Positions 28,860 through 42,340 of a stretch of DNA of 64,000 nucleotides are shown in pieces. Made by a program: the position numbers and the translations under genes. The notes beneath the pieces were generated by a model, which saw only the letters and a program-made list of their open reading frames with translations, had not been told where the DNA came from and did not search any database. Source of the DNA: Azolla caroliniana (lineage: Eukaryota; Plantae; Polypodiophyta); assembly GCA_043228905.1 (NCBI GenBank), contig JBHGNT010000055.1:1-64000 (forward strand). Direction: 5' to 3'. How positions within the stretch are numbered: position 1 is the first letter of the stretch; each line of letters opens with the position of its first letter.

Positions 28860-31250
28860 TTGTTAGCTTCGATAGGAATGTTTGAACACACAAATCCGAT
28901 ATCACACGACCCAGGTATAAACATTTTAATTTACTCAAGGGCTCCTCTCAACTCCCTCCTCAGGTTTGGTAATATCTTCATATCTCTCGACCTGAGTTTC
29001 AAAATCTTGATTTTTTAATACCATATAATAACTAGCGTTGTTAGCTTCGATTCGCAGGTTTGAACACAAAAATCCGATATCACACGAGCCAGGTATGAAC
29101 ATTTTAATTTACTCAAGGGCTCCTCCCAACTCCCTCCTCAAAGTTGGTAATTTCTTCATATCTCTCGACCTGAGTTTCAAAATCTTGATTTTTTAGTTCC
29201 ATATAATAGCTAGCGTTGTTAACTTCGATACGAATGTTTGAACACAAACATCCGATATCACACGAGCTAGGTATGAACATTTTAATTTACTCAAGGGCTC
29301 CTCCCAACTCCCTCCTCAAATTTGGTAATTTCTTCATATCTCTCGACCTGAGTTTCAAAATCTTGATTTTTTAGTTCCATATAATAGCTAGCGTTGTTTG
29401 CTTCGATTCGCATGTTTGAACACACAAATCCGATATCACACGAGCCAGGTATGAACATTTTAATTTACTCAAGGGCTCCTCTCAACTCCCTCCTCAAGAT
29501 TGCTAATTTCTTCATATCTCTCGACCTGAGTTTCAAAATCTTGATTTTTTAATACCATATAATAGCTAGCGTTGTTAGCTTCGATACGAATGTTTGAACA
29601 CACAAATCCGATATCACACGAGCCAGGTATGAACATTTTAATTTACTCAACGGCTCCTCTCAACTCCCTCCTCAAGATTGCAAATTTCTTCATATCTCTC
29701 GATCTGAGTTTCAAAATCTTGATTTTTTAATACCATATAATAGCTAGCGTTCTTAGCTTCGATTCGCAGGTTTGAACACACAAATCCGATATCACACGAG
29801 CCAGGTATGAACATTTTAATGTACTCAAGGGCTCCTCTCAACTCCCTCCTCAAGATTGCTAATTTCTTCATATCTCTCGACCTGAGTTTCAAAATCTTGA
29901 TTATTTAGTTCCATATAATAGCTAGCGTTGTTAGCTTCGATAGGAATGTTTGAACACACAAATCCGATATCACACGACCCAGGTATAAACATTTTAATTT
30001 ACTCAAGGGCTCCTCTCAACTCCCTCCTCAGGTTTGGTAATATCTTCATATCTCTCGACCTGAGTTTCAAAATCTCTATTTTTTAATACCATATAATAAC
30101 TAGCGTTGTTAGCTTCGATTCGCAGGTTTGAACACAAAAATCCGATATCACACGAGCCAGGTATGAACATTTTAATTTACTCAAGGGCTCCTCCCAACTC
30201 CCTCCTCAAAGTTGGTAATTTCTTCATATCTCTCGACCTGAGTTTCAAAATCTTGATTTTTTAGTTCCATATAATAGCTAGCGTTGTTAACTTCGATACG
30301 AATGTTTGAACACAAACATCCGATATCACACGAGCTAGGTATGAACATTTTAATTTACTCAAGGGCTCCTCCCAACTCCCTCCTCAAATTTGGTAATTTC
30401 TTCATATCTCTCGACCTGAGTTTCAAAATCTTGATTTTTTAGTTCCATATAATAGCTAGCGTTGTTTGCTTCGATTCGCATGTTTGAACACACAAATCCG
30501 ATATCACACGAGCCAGGTATGAACATTTTAATTTACTCAAGGGCTCCTCTCAACTCCCTCCTCAAGATTGCTAATTTCTTCATATCTCTCGACCTGAGTT
30601 TCAAAATCTTGATTTTTTAATACCATATAATAGCTAGCGTTGTTAGCTTCGATACGAATGTTTGAACACACAAATCCGATATCACACGAGCCAGGTATGA
30701 ACATTTTAATTTACTCAACGGCTCCTCTCAACTCCCTCCTCAAGATTGCAAATTTCTTCATATCTCTCGATCTGAGTTTCAAAATCTTGATTTTTTAATA
30801 CCATATAATAGCTAGCGTTCTTAGCTTCGATTCGCAGGTTTGAACACACAAATCCGATATCACACGAGCCAGGTATGAACATTTTAATGTACTCAAGGGC
30901 TCCTCTCAACTCCCTCCTCAAGATTGCTAATTTCTTCATATCTCTCGACCTGAGTTTCAAAATCTTGATTATTTAGTTCCATATAATAGCTAGCGTTGTT
31001 AGCTTCGATAGGAATGTTTGAACACACAAATCCGATATCACACGACCCAGGTATAAACATTTTAATTTACTCAAGGGCTCCTCTCAACTCCCTCCTCAGG
31101 TTTGGTAATATCTTCATATCTCTCGACCTGAGTTTCAAAATCTTGATTTTTTAATACCATATAATAACTAGCGTTGTTAGCTTCGATTCGCAGGTTTGAA
31201 CACAAAAATCCGATATCACACGAGCCAGGTATGAACATTTTAATTTACTC
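28860..31250 (+). repeat. 6-monomer (1068-bp) tandem repeat, about 2.2 copies
   Basis: GATAGGAATG at 28871, 29939 and 31007. ORFs at 29647 and 30715 are 1068 apart. Confidence 0.9.
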
Positions 31251-34200
31251 AAGGGCTCCTCTCAACTCCCTCCTCAAATTTGGTAATTTCTTCATATCTC
31301 TCGACCTGAGTATCAAAATCTTGATTTTTTAGTTCCATATCATAGCTAGCGTTGTTAGCTTCGATTCGCATGTTTGAACACAAAAATCCGATATCACGCG
31401 AGCCAGGTATGAACATTTTAATTTACTGAAGGGCTCCTCTCAACTCCCTCCTCAAATTTGGTAATTTCGTCATGTCTCTCGACCTGAGTTTCAAAATCTT
31501 GATTTTTTAGTTCCATATAATAGCTAGCGTTGTTAGCTTCGTTACGAATGTTGGAACACAAAAATCCGATATCACACGAGCCAGGTATGAACATTTTAAT
31601 TTACTCAAGGGCTCCTCTCAACTCGCTCCTCAAATTTGGTAATTTCGTCATGTCTCTCGACCTGAGTTTCAAAATCTTGATTTTTTAGTTCAATATAATA
31701 GCTAGCGTTGTTAGCTTCGATGCGTATGTTTGAACACAAAAATCCGATATCACACGAGCCAGGTATGAACATTTTAATTTACGCAAGGCCTCCTCCCAAC
31801 TCCCTCCTCAAAGTTGGTAATTTCTTCCTATCTCTCGACATGAGTTTCAAAATCTTGATTATTTAGTTCCATATAATAGCTAGCGTTGTTAGCTTCGATA
31901 CGAATGTTTGAACACACAAATCCGATATCACACGAGCCAGGTATGAACATTTTAATTTACTCAAGGGCTCCTCTCAACTCCCTCCTCAAGATTGCTAATT
32001 TCTTCATATCTCTCGACCTGAGTTTCAAAATCTTGATTTTTTAATACCATATAATACCTAGCGTTGTTAGCTTCGATTCGCAGGTTTGAACACACAAATC
32101 CGATATCACACGAGCCAGGTATGAACATTTTAATGTACTCAAGGGCTCCTCCCAACTCCCACCTCAAATTTGGTAATTTCGTCATGTCTCTCGACCTGAG
32201 TTTCAAAATCTTGATTTTTTAGTTCCATATAATAGCTAGCGTTGTTAGCTTCGATACGTATCTTTGAACACAAAAATCCGATATCACACGAGCCAGGTAT
32301 GAACATTTTAATTTACTCAAGGGCTCCTCCCAACTCCCTCCTCAAATTTGGTAATTTCTTCATATCTCTCGACCTGAGTTTCAAAATCTTGATTTTTTAG
32401 TTCCATATAATAGCTAGCGTTGTTAGCTTCGATACGAATGTTTGAACACACAAATCCGATAGCACGCGAGCCAGGTATGAACATTTTAATTTACTCAAGG
32501 GCTCCTCTCAACTCCCTCCTCAAATTTGGTAATTTCGTCATGTCTCTCGACCTGAGTTTCAAAATCTTGATTTTTTAGTTCCATATAATAGCAAGCGTTG
32601 TTAGCTTCGATACGAATGTTTGAACACACAAATCCGATATCACACGAGCCAGGTATGAACATTTTAATTTACTCAAGGGCTCCTCTCAACTCCCTCCTCA
32701 AATTTGGTAACTTCTTCATATCTCTCGACCTGAGTTTCAAAATCTTGATTTTTGAGTTCCATATAATAGCTAGCGTTGTTAGCTTCGATACGAATGTTTG
32801 AACACAAACATCCGATATCACACGAGCTAGGTATGAACATTTTAATTTACTCAAGAGCTCCTCTCAACTCCCTCCTCAAGATTGCTAATTTCTTCATATC
32901 TCTCGACCTGAGTTTCAAAATCTTGATTTTTTAGTTCCATATAATAGCTAGCGTTGTTAGCTTCGATACGTATGTTTGAACACAAAAATCCGATATCACA
33001 CGAGCTAGGTATGAACATTTTAATTTACTCAAGGGCTCCTCCCAACTCCCTCCTCAAATTTGGTAATTTCTTCATATCTCTCGACCTGAGTTTCAAAATC
33101 TTGATTATTTAGTTCTATATCATAGCTAGCGTTGTTAGCTTCGATACGAATGTTTGAACACACAAATCCGATATCACACGAGCCAGGTATGAACATTTTA
33201 ATTTACTCAAGGGCTCCTCTCAACTCCCTCCTCAAGATTGCTAATTTCTTCATATCTCTCGACCTGAGTTTCAAAATCTTGATTTTTTAATACCATATAA
33301 TAGCTAGCGTTGTTAGATTCGATACGAATGTTTGAACACAAACATCCGATATCACACGAGCTAGGTATGAACATTTTAATTTACTCAAGAGCTCCTCTCA
33401 ACTCCCTCCTCAAGATTGCTAATTTCTTCATATCTCTCGACCTGAGTTTCAAAATCTTGATTATTTAGTTCTATATCATAGCTAGCGTTGTTAGCTTCGA
33501 TACGAATGTTTGAACACACAAATCCGATATCACACGAGCCAGGTATGAACATTTTAATTTACTCAATGGCTCCTCTCAACTCCCTCCTCAAGATTGCTAA
33601 TTTCTTCATATCTCTCGACCTGAGTTTCAAAATCTTGATTTTTTAATACCATATAATAGCTAGCGTTGTTAGCTTCGATACGTATGTTTGAACACACAAA
33701 TCCGATATCACACGAGCCAGGTATGAACATTTTAATGTACTCAAGGGCTCCTCCCAACTCCCACCTCAAATTTGGTAATTTCGTCATGTCTCTCGACCTG
33801 AGTTTCAAAATCTTGATTTTTTAGTTCCATATAATAGCTAGCGTTGTTTGCTTCGATACGTATGTTTGAACACAAAAATCCGATATCACACGAGCCAGGT
33901 ATGAACATTTTAATTTACTCAAGGGCTCCTCCCAACTCCCTCCTCAAATTTGGTAATTTCTTCATATCTCTCGACCTGAGTTTCAAAATCTTGATTATTT
34001 AGTCCTATATCATAGCTAGCGTTGTTAGCTTCGATACGAATGTTTGAACACACAAATCCGATATCACACGAGCCAGGTATGAACATTTTAATTTACTCAA
34101 GGGCTCCTCTCAACTCCCTCCTCAAGATTGCTAATTTCTTCATATCTCTCGACCTGAGTTTCAAAATCTTGATTTTTTAATACCATATAATAGCTAGCGT

Positions 34201-34819
34201 TGTTAGATTCGATACGAATGTTTGAACACAAACATCCGATATCACACGAGCTAGGTATGAACATTTTAATTTACTCCAGAGCTCCTCTCAACTCCCTCCT
34301 CAAGATTGCTAATTTCTTCATATCTCTCGACCTGAGTTTCAAAATCTTGATTATTTAGTTCTATATCATAGCTAGCGTTGTTAGCTTCGATACGAATGTT
34401 TGAACACACAAATCCGATATCACACGAGCCAGGTATGAACATTTTAATTTACTCAAGGGCTCCTCTCAACTCCCTCCTCAAGATTGCTAATTTCTTCACA
34501 TCTCTCGACCTGAGTTTCAAAATCTTGATTTTTTAATACCATATAATAGCTAGCGTTGTTAGCTTCGATTCGCAGGTTTGAACACACAAATCCGATATCA
34601 CACGAGCCAGGTATGAACATTTTAATGTACTCAAGGGCTCCTCCCAACTCCCACCTCAAATTTGGTAATTTCGTCATGTCTCTCGACCTGAGTTTCAAAA
34701 TCTTGATTTTTTAGTTCCATATAATAGCTAGCGTTGTTAGCTTCGATACGTATCTTTGAACACAAAAATCCGATATCACACGAGCCAGGTATGAACATTT
34801 TAATTTACTCAAGGGCTCC

Positions 34820-37800
34820 TCTCAACTCCCTCCTCAAGATTGCTAATTTCTTCATATCTCTCGACCTGAGTTTCAAAATCTTGATTTTTTAGTTCCATAT
34901 AATAGCTAGCGTTGTTAGATTCGATACGAATGTTTGAACACAAACATCCGATATCACACGAGCTAGGTATGAACATTTTAATTTACTCCAAAGCTCCTCT
35001 CAACTCCCTCCTCAGGTTTGGTAATATCTTCATATCTCTCGACCTGAGTTTCAAAATCTTGATTTTTTAATACCATATAATAGCTAGCGTTGTTAGCTTC
35101 GATACGTATCTTTGAACACAAAAATCCGATATCACACGAGCCAGGTATGAACATTTTAATTTACTCAAGGGCTCCTCCCAACTCCCTCCTCAAATTTGGT
35201 AATTTCTTCATATCTCTCGACCTGAGTTTCAAAATCTTGATTTTTTAGTTCCATATAATAGCTAGCGTTGTTTGCTTCGATTCGCATGTTTGAACACACA
35301 AATCCGATATCACACGAGCCAGGTATGAACATTTTAATTTACTCAAGGGCTCCTCTCAACTCCCTCCTCAAATTTGGTAATTTCGTCATGTCTCTCGACC
35401 TGAGTTTCAAAATCTTGATTTTTTAGGTCCATATAATAGCTAGCGTTGTTAGCTTCGATACGTATGTTTGAACACACAAATCCGATATCACACGAGCCAG
35501 GTATGAACATTTTAATTTACTCAAGGGCTCCTCTCAACTCCCTCCTCAAATTTGGTAATTTCTTCATATCTCTCGACCTGAGTTTCAAAATCTTGATTAT
35601 TTAGTTCCATATAATAGCTAGCGTTGTTAGCTTCGATACGAATGTTTGAACACACAAATCCGATATCACACGAGCCAGGTATGAACATTTTAATTTACTC
35701 AAGGGCTCCTCTCAACTCCCTCCTCAAGATTGCTAATTTCTTCATATCTCTCGACCTGAGTTTCAAAATCTTGGTTTTTTAATACCATATAATAGCTAGC
35801 GTTGTTAGCTTCGATTCGCAGGTTTGAACACACAAATCCGATATCACACGAGCCAGGTATGAACATTTTAATGTACTCAAGGGCTCCTCTCAACTCCCTC
35901 CTCAAATTTGGTAATTTCGTCATGTCTCTCGACCTGAGTTTCAAAATCTTGATTTTTTAGTTCCATATAATAGCTAGCGTTGTTAGCTTCGATACGTATC
36001 TTTGAACACAAAAATCCGATATCACACGAGCCAGGTATGAACATTTTAATTTACTCAAGGGCTCCTCTCAACTCGCTCCTCAAATTTGGTAATTTCTTCA
36101 CATCTCTCGACCTGAGTTTCAAAATCTTGATTATTTAGTTCCATATCATAGCTAGCGTTGTTAGCTTCGATTCGCATGTTTGAACACACAAATCCGATAT
36201 CACACGAGCCAGGTATGAACATTTTAATTTACTCAAGGGCTCCTCTCAACTCCCTCCTCAAATTTGGTAATTTCTTCATTTCTCTCGACCTGAGTTTCAA
36301 AATCTTGATTATTTAGTTCCATATAATAGCTAGCGTTGTTAGCTTCGATACGAATGTTTGAACACACAAATCCGATATCACACGACCCAGGTATAAACAT
36401 TTTAATTTACTCAAGGGCTCCTCTCAACTCCCTCCTCAGGTTTGCTAATTTCTTCATATCTCTCGACCTGAGTTTCAAAATCTTGATTATTTAGTTCTAT
36501 ATCATAGCTAGCGTTGTTAGCTTCGATACGAATGTTTGAACACACAAATCCGATATCACACGAGCCAGGTATGAACATTTTAATTTACTCAAGGGCTCCT
36601 CTCAACTCCCTCCTCAAGATTGCTAATTTCTTCATATCTCTCGACCTGAGTTTCAAAATCTTGATTTTTTAATACCATATAATAGCTAGCGTTGTTAGAT
36701 TCGATACGAATGTTTGAACACAAACATCCGATATCACACGAGCTAGGTATGAACATTTTAATTTACTCCAGAGCTCCTCTCAACTCCCTCCTCAAGATTG
36801 CTAATTTCTTCATATCTCTCGACCTGAGTTTCAAAATCTTGATTATTTAGTTCTATATCATAGCTAGCGTTGTTAGCTTCGATACGAATGTTTGAACACA
36901 CAAATCCGATATCACACGAGCCAGGTATGAACATTTTAATTTACTCAAGGGCTCCTCTCAACTCCCTCCTCAAGATTGCTAATTTCTTCATATCTCTCGA
37001 CCTGAGTTTCAAAATCTTGATTTTGTAATACCATATAATAGCTAGCGTTGTTAGCTTCGATTCGCAGGTTTGAACACACAAATCCGATATCACACGAGCC
37101 AGGTATGAACATTTTAATTTACTCAAGGGCTCCTCTCAACTCCCTCCTCAAATTTGGTAACTTCTTCATATCTCTCGACCTGAGTTTCAAAATCTTGATT
37201 TTTGAGTTCCATATAATAGTTAGCGTTGTTAGATTCGATACGAATGTTTGAACACAAACATCCGATATCACACGAGCTAGGTATGAACATTTTAATTTAC
37301 TCAAGGGCTCCTCTCAACTCCCTCCTCAAGATTGCTAATTTCTTCATGTCTCTCGACCTGAGTTTCAAAATCTTGATTTTTTAGTTCCATATAATAGCTA
37401 GCGTTGTTAGCTTCGATTCGCATGTTTGAACACACAAATCCGATATCACACGAGCCAGGTATGAACATTTTAATTTACTCAAGGGCTCCTCTCAACTCCC
37501 TCCTCAAGATTGCTAATTTCTTCATATCTCTCGACCTGAGTTTCAAAATCTTGATTTTTTAATACCATATAATAGCTAGCGTTGTTAGCTTCGATTCGCA
37601 GGTTTGAACACACAAATCCGATATCACACGAGCCAGGTATGAACATTTTAATGTACTCAAGGGCTCCTGTCAACTCCCTCCTCAAGATTGCAAATTTCTT
37701 CATATCTCTCGATCTGAGTTTCAAAATCTTGATTTTTTAGTTCCATATAATAGCTAGCGTTGTTAGCTTCGATACGAATGTTTGAACACACAAATCCGAT

Positions 37801-40800
37801 AGCACGCGAGCCAGGTATGAACATTTTAATTTACTCAAGGGCTCCTCTCAACTCCCTCCTCAAATTTGGTAATTTCGTCATGTCTCTCGACCTGAGTTTC
37901 AAAATCTTGATTTTTTAGTTCCATATAATAGCAAGCGTTGTTAGCTTCGATACGAATGTTTGAACACACAAATCCGATATCACACGAGCCAGGTATGAAC
38001 ATTTTAATTTACTCAAGGGCTCCTCTCAACTCCCTCCTCAAATTTGGTAACTTCTTCATATCTCTCGACCTGAGTTTCAAAATCTTGATTTTTGAGTTCC
38101 ATATAATAGTTAGCGTTGTTAGATTCGATACGAATGTTTGAACACAAACATCCGATATCACACGAGCTAGGTATGAACATTTTAATTTACTCAAGGGCTC
38201 CTCTCAACTCCCTCCTCAAGATTGCTAATTTCTTCATGTCTCTCGACCTGAGTTTCAAAATCTTGATTTTTTAGTTCCATATAATAGCTAGCGTTGTTAG
38301 CTTCGATTCGCATGTTTGAACACACAAATCCGATATCACACGAGCCAGGTATGAACATTTTAATTTACTCAAGGGCTCCTCTCAACTCCCTCCTCAAGAT
38401 TGCTAATTTCTTCATATCTCTCGACCTGAGTTTCAAAATCTTGATTTTTTAATACCATATAATAGCTAGCGTTGTTAGCTTCGATTCGCAGGTTTGAACA
38501 CACAAATCCGATATCACACGAGCCAGGTATGAACATTTTAATTTACTCAAGGGTTCCTCTCAACTCCCTCCTCAAGATTGCTAATTTCTTCATATCTCTC
38601 GACCTGAGTTTCAAAATCTTGATTTTTTAGTTCCATATAATAGCTAGCGTTGTTAGATTCGATACGAATGTTTGAACACAAACATCCGATATCACACGAG
38701 CTAGGTATGAACATTTTAATTTACTCCAGAGCTCCTCTCAACTCCCTCCTCAGGTTTGGTAATATCTTCATATCTCTCGACCTGAGTTTCAAAATCTTGA
38801 TTTTTTAATACCATATAATAGCTAGCGTTGTTAGCTTCGATACGTATCTTTGAACACAAAAATCCGATATCACACGAGCCAGGTATGAACATTTTAATTT
38901 ACTCAAGGGCTCCTCCCAACTCCCTCCTCAAATTTGGTAATTTCTTCATATCTCTCGACCTGAGTTTCAAAATCTTGATTTTTTAGTTCCATATAATAGC
39001 TAGCGTTGTTTGCTTCGATTCGCATGTTTGAACACACAAATCCGATATCACACGAGCCAGGTATGAACATTTTAATTTACTCAAGGGCTCCTCTCAACTC
39101 CCTCCTCAAATTTGGTAATTTCGTCATGTCTCTCGACCTGAGTTTCAAAATCTTGATTTTTTAGGTCCATATAATAGCTAGCGTTGTTAGCTTCGATACG
39201 TATGTTTGAACACACAAATCCGATATCACACGAGCCAGGTATGAACATTTTAATTTACTCAAGGGCTCCTCTCAACTCCCTCCTCAAATTTGGTAATTTC
39301 TTCATATCTCTCGACCTGAGTTTCAAAATCTTGATTATTTAGTTCCATATAATAGCTAGCGTTGTTAGCTTCGATACGAATGTTTGAACACACAAATCCG
39401 ATATCACACGAGCCAGGTATGAACATTTTAATTTACTCAAGGGCTCCTCTCAACTCCCTCCTCAAGATTGCTAATTTCTTCATATCTCTCGACCTGAGTT
39501 TCAAAATCTTGGTTTTTTAATACCATATAATAGCTAGCGTTGTTAGCTTCGATTCGCAGGTTTGAACACACAAATCCGATATCACACGAGCCAGGTATGA
39601 ACATTTTAATGTACTCAAGGGCTCCTCTCAACTCCCTCCTCAAATTTGGTAATTTCGTCATGTCTCTCGACCTGAGTTTCAAAATCTTGATTTTTTAGTT
39701 CCATATAATAGCTAGCGTTGTTAGCTTCGATACGTATCTTTGAACACAAAAATCCGATATCACACGAGCCAGGTATGAACATTTTAATTTACTCAAGGGC
39801 TCCTCTCAACTCGCTCCTCAAATTTGGTAATTTCTTCACATCTCTCGACCTGAGTTTCAAAATCTTGATTATTTAGTTCCATATCATAGCTAGCGTTGTT
39901 AGCTTCGATTCGCATGTTTGAACACACAAATCCGATATCACACGAGCCAGGTATGAACATTTTAATTTACTCAAGGGCTCCTCTCAACTCCCTCCTCAAA
40001 TTTGGTAATTTCTTCATTTCTCTCGACCTGAGTTTCAAAATCTTGATTATTTAGTTCCATATAATAGCTAGCGTTGTTAGCTTCGATACGAATGTTTGAA
40101 CACACAAATCCGATATCACACGACCCAGGTATAAACATTTTAATTTACTCAAGGGCTCCTCTCAACTCCCTCCTCAGGTTTGCTAATTTCTTCATATCTC
40201 TCGACCTGAGTTTCAAAATCTTGATTATTTAGTTCTATATCATAGCTAGCGTTGTTAGCTTCGATACGAATGTTTGAACACACAAATCCGATATCACACG
40301 AGCCAGGTATGAACATTTTAATTTACTCAAGGGCTCCTCTCAACTCCCTCCTCAAGATTGCTAATTTCTTCATATCTCTCGACCTGAGTTTCAAAATCTT
40401 GATTTTTTAATACCATATAATAGCTAGCGTTGTTAGATTCGATACGAATGTTTGAACACAAACATCCGATATCACACGAGCTAGGTATGAACATTTTAAT
40501 TTACTCCAGAGCTCCTCTCAACTCCCTCCTCAAGATTGCTAATTTCTTCATATCTCTCGACCTGAGTTTCAAAATCTTGATTATTTAGTTCTATATCATA
40601 GCTAGCGTTGTTAGCTTCGATACGAATGTTTGAACACACAAATCCGATATCACACGAGCCAGGTATGAACATTTTAATTTACTCAAGGGCTCCTCTCAAC
40701 TCCCTCCTCAAGATTGCTAATTTCTTCATATCTCTCGACCTGAGTTTCAAAATCTTGATTTTTTAATACCATATAATAGCTAGCGTTGTTAGCTTCGATT

Positions 40801-42310
40801 CGCAGGTTTGAACACACAAATCCGATATCACACGAGCCAGGTATGAACATTTTAATGTACTCAAGGGCTCCTCCCAAGTCCCACCTCAAATTTGGTAATT
40901 TCGTCATGTCTCTCGACCTGAGTTTCAAAATCTTGATTTTTTAGTTCCATATAATAGCTAGCGTTGTTAGCTTCGATACGTATCTTTGAACACAAAAATC
41001 CGATATCACACAAGCCAGGTATGAACATTTTAATTTACTCAAGGGCTCATCCCAACTCCCTCCTCAAATTTGGTAATTTCTTCATATCTCTTGACCTGAG
41101 TTTCAAAATCTTGATTTTTTAGTTCCATATAATAGCTAGCGTTGTTTGCTTCGATTCGCATGTTTGAACACACAAATCCGATATCACACGAGCCAGGTAT
41201 GAACATTTTAATTTACTCAAGGGCTCCTCTCAACTCCCTCCTCAAGATTGCTAATTTCTTCATATCTCTCGACCTGAGTTTCAAAATCTTGATTTTTTAA
41301 TACCATATAATAGCTAGCGTTGTTAGCTTCGATTCGCAGGTTTGAACACACAAATCCGATATCACACGAGCCAGGTATGAACATTTTAATGTACTCAAGG
41401 GCTCCTGTCAACTCCCTCCTCAAGATTGCAAATTTCTTCATATCTCTCGATCTGAGTTTCAAAATCTTGATTTTTTAGTTCCATATAATAGCTAGCGTTG
41501 TTAGCTTCGATACGAATGTTTGAACACACAAATCCGATAGCACGCGAGCCAGGTATGAACATTTTAATTTACTCAAGGGCTCCTCTCAACTCCCTCCTCA
41601 AATTTGGTAATTTCGTCATGTCTCTCGACCTGAGTTTCAAAATCTTGATTTTTTAGTTCCATATAATAGCAAGCGTTGTTAGCTTCGATGCGAATGTTTG
41701 AACACACAAATCCGATATCACACGAGCCAGGTATGAACATTTTAATTTACTCAAGGGCTCCTCTCAACTCCCTCCTCAAATTTGGTAACTTCTTTATATC
41801 TCTCGACCTGAGTTTCAAAATCTTGATTTTTGAGTTCCATATAATAGTTAGCGTTGTTAGATTCGATACGAATGTTTGAACACAAACATCCGATATCACA
41901 CGAGCTAGGTATGAACATTTTAATTTACTCAAGGGCTCCTCTCAACTCCCTCCTCAAGATTGCTAATTTCTTCATGTCTCTCGACCTGAGTTTCAAAATC
42001 TTGATTTTTTAGTTCCATATAATAGCTAGCGTTGTTAGCTTCGATTCGCATGTTTGAACACACAAATCCGATATCACACGAGCCAGGTATGAACATTTTA
42101 ATTTACTCAAGGGCTCCTCTCAACTCCCTCCTCAAGATTGCTAATTTCTTCATATCTCTCGACCTGAGTTTCAAAATCTTGATTTTTTAATACCATATAA
42201 TAGCTAGCGTTGTTAGGTTCGATTCGCAGGTTTGAACACACAAATCCGATATCACACGAGCCAGGTATGAACATTTTAATGTACTCAAGGGTTCCTCTCA
42301 ACTCCCTCCT
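34820..42310 (+). repeat. 21-monomer (3738-bp) tandem duplication
   Basis: ORF pairs 35699/39437, 37479/41217 and 37938/41676, and marker GGGTTCCT at 38551/42289, are all offset by 3738. Confidence 0.9.
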
Positions 42311-42340
42311 CAAATTTGGTAATTTAGTTCCATATAATAG
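42311..42340 (+). other. 41-bp deletion junction, copy 1
   Basis: GGTAATTT|AGTTCC at 42325/42326. ORF spacing 42107 to 42422 is 315 = 356-41. Confidence 0.95.
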
